Positions 59,660-64,000 of a DNA stretch of 64,000 nt are shown here, piece by piece. The notes under the pieces are model-generated. The model did no database searches. It had not been told where the DNA came from and saw only the letters and a list, made by a program, of their open reading frames with translations. Made by a program: the position numbers and the translations under genes. The stretch spans positions 1,600,001 to 1,664,000 of the forward strand of contig CAXXVZ010000003.1 of the NCBI GenBank assembly GCA_963678065.2, given 5' to 3'. Numbering within the stretch: the first letter of the stretch is position 1; each line of letters starts with the position of its first letter. Origin of the DNA: Treponemataceae bacterium. Lineage in GTDB: Bacteria > Spirochaetota > Spirochaetia > Treponematales > Rectinemataceae.

Positions 59660-62295
59660 AAAAAGCCGAAGCATCCGACAGCCAGATCCGGGCGGAGCGC
59701 GGAATTGACGCGCTCGTGGCCGCCATCGGCCTCGCCGCCGTCTACGCCATCTTCCTCTCCCGCTTCGACCTCAGACTCCTCTTCACCGACACCATCCTGA
59801 CCGGAGGAGATTCGGCTTCCTGGCTCCAGCCCCTCGAACAGCTCAAGAATGAGTACCTCCCGCGCTTCCGGCTTTTCGGCTACAGCCAGTCCAACTTCTT
59901 CGGCTACCTGGAAGGCCAGCATTACTTCATCCTGCCCTTCCTTTCCGCGGCCCTCCTCGGCTACCTCATGCCGCTCACGGTGGCCCTGAAGCTCGTCACC
60001 TTCGCCGGATGCGCCGCCCTGCCCGCCACCATGTATTCCGGCATCAGCTCGATCACCGGTTCGCGGAAGGCCGGCGTCGTGGGTGCGGCGGGCAGTCTCG
60101 TCTTCCTGTTCAACGAATCCTACACGATGTTCGGAGGCAACCTCCTCTCGACCTTCGCGGGCGAATTCTGCTATTCTTGGGCCATAGCCATCCTGCCCCT
60201 CTACATCGCGGCGGTCTGGAGGGACCACAGCCGGGACCGCTACGGAGTGCTCTCGGGCATCCTCCTCGGTCTCATCGGGCTCTGCCACCTCTTCGTCTTC
60301 ATGCCGGCCTTTTTCATGCCCTTCTTCTTTATGTTCGACAGGGACAATCTCCTCGCTCCCCGCGCGGTAAAACAGCAGTCCACAAAGAACGGCCCCCGGC
60401 AGGAAAGCTCTCCCGGAGCGCAGGACTCAACTCTGTCTCCAGGCGCTTTCCCGCCGGGCCCTCCCCTCCTCGCGCAGAGAATCCTCTCGACCTGCATCAC
60501 AGCCTTCCTCGTCATGGCGTTCTGGTTCCTGCCCATGGCGGCTACGAGGACCTGGGCCCAGTCCATCTCCATGATATGGCATTTCGAATCGTTTGCCGAT
60601 TTTTCCCGTCAGACCCTCATGCCTGTCTGGCTTTCGGCCTTGGTCATTCTCTTTCTCATCGCCCTGTTTTCGCGCGGCATCGCAAGGCGGAAAGCCATCT
60701 TTGTCCTCTACGGCATCGGCTCTTGCGCCGTCATGTTCGTGATGGCGCGGTTCCTCGAAATCCCCGACATCCGCTTCGTGCCGCCCGCCCTCATTCTCTC
60801 GGTCTTCGCCCTGTCCATCTGCGCGGGCAGCCTCACGACACTCTTCCACCGGCGATCGCTGGACAAGGCGGGGAGTGTTCTCGCGATCCTGGCCGTAATA
60901 GGGTCCGGTCTCGCCGTTCAGGCGGTTTCCCGCAATTCCCCCGTTTGGTTCGCCTGGAACTACACAGGATACGAATCGAAGCAGGGCTGGAAGAACCTCG
61001 AGGCCATCGCGCGACGATACCGGGGCGGTATCGACTCGGGCAGGATACTCTGGGAGAAGCAGAACCAGCGCGACAACGCCGATTTCGGCTCCGAGCGCGG
61101 CTTCGAGAACCTCTACATGCTGACGGGGATGCCATCGGCGGAGGGAATACACTATGGGTCGAGCTTCATGGCGCGCGCGGTGACCTATCTCCAGAGCGAA
61201 TACTCTCCCGACCCTGTGGACCCGGAAGCATGGCGCCTCTACTCGAAGGTGAACCCGGAAGCCTGGCCGACGCGCTTCACTCAGGCGAACGCCCGCTACA
61301 TCATCACCCATTCGCCGGAAATCACCGCGCTGTTCGCGGGCAGACCGGATTTCAGCCTCGATTTCAAATCGGGCAAGTTTTCGGTCTTCGCGTACCACGG
61401 CTTCCCTTCATCCTATGTCGAAGTGCGGAAAAACGGCGACATCGGGATCGTCGGCGATTCGCCCGCCGGGTTCAAAACCGATTTTTACCGCTTCTATCGC
61501 GACTACGAACTCGTGCAAAAGCCCTTCGTTCCGGCCTCTTTCGCGAAGAAAACCGAGGGCAGCCTGCCGGGCGCGAAGACATGGCGCGATTACGATGAGC
61601 TTCATGACGCACAAGCCATCTCCGCTGCCTGGCGCGATTACGCGGTCTCGCCTTCAATGGGGACGATCCGGAACGAGCACCCCGGCAACTTCCGGATATC
61701 CTTCGATACGGACTCGCCGGGCAGACCGCACATCATCAGGATGTCCTACGCTCCGGGCTGGAAATCCCTTGGAGGCGAGAGAATCCTGCCCGTATCACCC
61801 GGCTTCATGCTCCTGTATCCCGGATCAGGCCATGTCGAGCTGGTCTACGCGCGGAGCATTCCGGAAATCGTCGGTCTGGTCCTCAGCTGCCTTCTGCCCT
61901 TTTTTCTGCTCTTCGCCTTGTGGATTTCGAAGAAGAGGCTGAAACACTACGTCGCCGTCTTCCGCGTCCTCGTCGCCCTCTATATTCTCGTCATAGCGGT
62001 GCTCGTCGGATTGTCGGCCTTCGGCTCCTCGCGCATGATGGCCGACATCCAGAAGGCGAGGAGCCTCGACCTCTCGCGGCCGGACTCGCGAAAAATCGCG
62101 ACGGCTCTCGTCGAGCCCTACACCAGGAAGATCACGCTCGAAAAAAATGACAACCTTCTCGGGTTCGAGGCATTCAGGATCAAGGCGGCGATTCTGAATG
62201 CAGAAGGGAAGCGGGAGGAAGCGCGCGCGATCGTCTCGACGCTGACGAAGCGCTATTCCCACTGCAGGGCGCTCGACTCCCTGCCCGCTCCCTGA
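59656..62295 (+). CDS. Multi-TM GT-C-like protein ('PTPS-related' membrane family)
   Basis: TGGD loop after first TM, FFGY..YF, GGNLLSTFAGEF, RF motif, large extracytoplasmic domain, SYAPGW motif; ATGA coupling to gtrA-like gene. Confidence 0.78.
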   Translation: MKKAEASDSQIRAERGIDALVAAIGLAAVYAIFLSRFDLRLLFTDTILTGGDSASWLQPLEQLKNEYLPRFRLFGYSQSNFFGYLEGQHYFILPFLSAALLGYLMPLTVALKLVTFAGCAALPATMYSGISSITGSRKAGVVGAAGSLVFLFNESYTMFGGNLLSTFAGEFCYSWAIAILPLYIAAVWRDHSRDRYGVLSGILLGLIGLCHLFVFMPAFFMPFFFMFDRDNLLAPRAVKQQSTKNGPRQESSPGAQDSTLSPGAFPPGPPLLAQRILSTCITAFLVMAFWFLPMAATRTWAQSISMIWHFESFADFSRQTLMPVWLSALVILFLIALFSRGIARRKAIFVLYGIGSCAVMFVMARFLEIPDIRFVPPALILSVFALSICAGSLTTLFHRRSLDKAGSVLAILAVIGSGLAVQAVSRNSPVWFAWNYTGYESKQGWKNLEAIARRYRGGIDSGRILWEKQNQRDNADFGSERGFENLYMLTGMPSAEGIHYGSSFMARAVTYLQSEYSPDPVDPEAWRLYSKVNPEAWPTRFTQANARYIITHSPEITALFAGRPDFSLDFKSGKFSVFAYHGFPSSYVEVRKNGDIGIVGDSPAGFKTDFYRFYRDYELVQKPFVPASFAKKTEGSLPGAKTWRDYDELHDAQAISAAWRDYAVSPSMGTIRNEHPGNFRISFDTDSPGRPHIIRMSYAPGWKSLGGERILPVSPGFMLLYPGSGHVELVYARSIPEIVGLVLSCLLPFFLLFALWISKKRLKHYVAVFRVLVALYILVIAVLVGLSAFGSSRMMADIQKARSLDLSRPDSRKIATALVEPYTRKITLEKNDNLLGFEAFRIKAAILNAEGKREEARAIVSTLTKRYSHCRALDSLPAP

Positions 62296-63401
62296 TCCGC
62301 GCCTTCCACGATGTAGACGACGCCGCGCCAGACCTTCAGGAACTGATCGAGGGCGTATTCGCGGCGCACGGATTCAGGGACCGGGGCGGCGGGGTCGTTG
62401 ACGACGACATAGGGCTTTCCATCCCTCCTCGAGAAACCGCGGACGAGAATGAGGTGCCCCGCCGTGCTCTTGATGGGCGCACCCTCGAGCTCGCCTTCCC
62501 TGAAACGGACGCTCGCTATGACCGGATGCCCTGATTCGAGCTGTCGCGCGATCCGACCGAAATCCCCGAACCAGTCCACGCGGCCCGCAAGTCCGAATCT
62601 CGCGAGCGTCGACGCGTTGAAGGACCAGTTCCCGAAAATTTCCGCGCCATGGTCGTAGCAGAGCTGGGCGAGCCTCTCCGTCGGAACCTCGACGCCGAAA
62701 AACGACAAGGCCATGGCGAGGCTCGTGGGCGAGCATATCCTCGAGGCGATGGAGGGATTCTCCGCCATTTGAGAACGCGGCGATACAGGAAGATCCAGAT
62801 CGCCTGCGGGAAGCTCGCCGGGAAGAAGACCTGATGGGGTGGCCGGCGAGGTCGAGGTGGTCGGAACGACAGGGGACTCGGCCCGCGAGGAAAGTCGCGT
62901 GACGAAGTCGAAGCGCCTGAGGCAGGGCGATTTTCCCTGCGCGCCCTTGAGTCGGAGTCTGTAGCGGACAAGGCTCCTGGGCGACTTCAGGATGAGGGTA
63001 TCCGTCTCGACCCGTCCGAAATCATCTTTCCCCTCGTGACTGCGCGGGCTGCCAGACCAGGTCCCCAGAGGGTACCACATGGACCAGGAGCGCTCGGTCC
63101 AGACCTGGAAATGGATTTCGACGGAGGATTCGCCCGGAACAGCGATGCTCCAGGAGGGTACGAGCCAGTCGAAAGCGGGCATGGAGATGACCTGGGAGGT
63201 AAAGCATCCTTCGACCTGACCCGGGGCGAGGACAAGGCCGGCGGGGTCGACCGCGAGACCCAGCATATCCCCTTCGGAGACGTTCCGCACAGCCGCCACC
63301 GGTTCCAGGCTGTCAGGAGCGTAAAACACTTGACTGTAGTTGTTCACCGCGCAGACATGGCGGGCCATGGGCGCGGGAGGCAAGGATTGAGCTGTGAACA
63401 T
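62253..63401 (-). CDS. Peptidase C39-like family protein
   Basis: RSQM, ICSPTSLAM (Cys), GNWSFN, GHLILVRG (His), VNDPA (Asp). Confidence 0.85.
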   Translation of the reverse strand: MFTAQSLPPAPMARHVCAVNNYSQVFYAPDSLEPVAAVRNVSEGDMLGLAVDPAGLVLAPGQVEGCFTSQVISMPAFDWLVPSWSIAVPGESSVEIHFQVWTERSWSMWYPLGTWSGSPRSHEGKDDFGRVETDTLILKSPRSLVRYRLRLKGAQGKSPCLRRFDFVTRLSSRAESPVVPTTSTSPATPSGLLPGELPAGDLDLPVSPRSQMAENPSIASRICSPTSLAMALSFFGVEVPTERLAQLCYDHGAEIFGNWSFNASTLARFGLAGRVDWFGDFGRIARQLESGHPVIASVRFREGELEGAPIKSTAGHLILVRGFSRRDGKPYVVVNDPAAPVPESVRREYALDQFLKVWRGVVYIVEGADQGAGRESSALQWE

Positions 63402-63408
63402 GTCAGCA

Positions 63409-63437
63409 AATGTACCGCGTCAGGGTGGGCGGGGCAA
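63409..63437 (-). promoter_or_regulatory. Sigma70-like promoter 7 nt upstream of C39 gene ATG
   Basis: TTGCCC-17-TACATT. Confidence 0.55.
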
Positions 63438-63460
63438 TATTCGGGTCGGACAAACCGGGT

Positions 63461-63496
63461 AAAAAAATGCTGACTGGGGATGCTACCCCAGTCAGC
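63461..63496 (-). terminator. Rho-independent terminator
   Basis: GCTGACTGGGG-N6-CCCCAGTCAGC followed by A-TTTTTTT on minus strand. Confidence 0.85.
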
Positions 63497-63617
63497 GGAC
63501 CCCTTTTCATCGCCCGTCTTTGCAAAGTTGCCAGAACCCGGCACCATCTCCGGCCGGCACAGGGCCAGAGGTGGTACCCGGGAAGGGGCTGAAGGTCGTG
63601 CGAAACCTTCAAGCCTT

Positions 63618-64000
63618 TCAGACAGCCTTTTCTCCTGCTTCGACGGCCGCGATATTCATGGAAATCAAAGAATGCTTGGACGGCGGGAAAAAGCTCACGA
63701 GAATGCTTTCGAGTTTGTCGAGCTTGACCGCTCCCGTGACCCTCGCGAGGGCGCCCATCATGACGAGGTTGGCGATTCTCGTGTCCCCGATGCCGTCCGC
63801 GAGCTCGTTGCAGGGAACCCTGACCACCCGGATGTCCTTGCGGGAGGGTTCCGACTTGATGAGGCTGGAATTGACGACCATGACTCCGCCCGGCTTCAGG
63901 GCCTTCTCGCAGATCGCAAGTGAGTCGGCGTTCATGACGACGACGCTGTCGGCCTGTGTGACGAGGGGACTCGCGATGTCTTCCGTGGACACGATGACGC
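63618..64000 (-). CDS. 2-oxoacid:acceptor oxidoreductase gamma subunit, 5'-truncated by window edge
   Basis: IASPLV..D.VVVMN..SL, LKPGG..VVNSSL, ANLVMMGAL, N..AVEAG. Confidence 0.88.
   Translation of the reverse strand, partial: VIVSTEDIASPLVTQADSVVVMNADSLAICEKALKPGGVMVVNSSLIKSEPSRKDIRVVRVPCNELADGIGDTRIANLVMMGALARVTGAVKLDKLESILVSFFPPSKHSLISMNIAAVEAGEKAV

Overview
High-GC bacterial chromosomal segment, most likely from a free-living spirochaete (Treponema/Rectinema-like). This is inferred from a TmpB-like LysM lipoprotein, a type-2 IleRS and the overall gene style. About 53 CDSs are supported, and I saw no rRNA, tRNA, CRISPR array, transposase or integrase. Order along the window: (1) 1-12.3 kb, two convergent sugar-catabolic operons: ABC permease-GH3-HisD/HpsN-like dehydrogenase-SDR, and eda-kdgK-ABC-dgoD with a divergent IclR regulator. 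(2) 12.5-28.6 kb, acyl-CoA ligase, a DUF4097 protein, a 7-gene LolD/LolE/LolA-like envelope cassette, ileS-MFS, a DtxR-family regulator and an RsiV-like protein. (3) 28.8-35.0 kb, a 2071-aa lipoprotein with seven near-identical 468-612 bp tandem units and a C-terminal LysM-like domain. (4) 35-46 kb, housekeeping genes (ptsI-der-merR-M18-nitroreductase, M23/LysM, nagZ, DUF362, class I fumarase). (5) 46.3-55.1 kb, an 8-gene catabolic operon (ABC, cytoplasmic CE4 deacetylase, two ROK proteins, an FrlB-like SIS protein with Gln at the catalytic Glu position, Gfo/Idh/MocA) behind a 35-bp palindrome. (6) 55.3-64 kb, MFS, NUDIX, PAS, an AT-rich orphan, a GtrB-GtrA-GT-C glycosylation cassette, a C39 peptidase and a partial 2-oxoacid oxidoreductase gamma subunit. 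The best candidates for undescribed systems are the FrlB-variant operon, the HpsN-like glycoside/sugar-acid locus and the variable-length LysM tether. All family calls come from motif recognition by eye; no searches were run.
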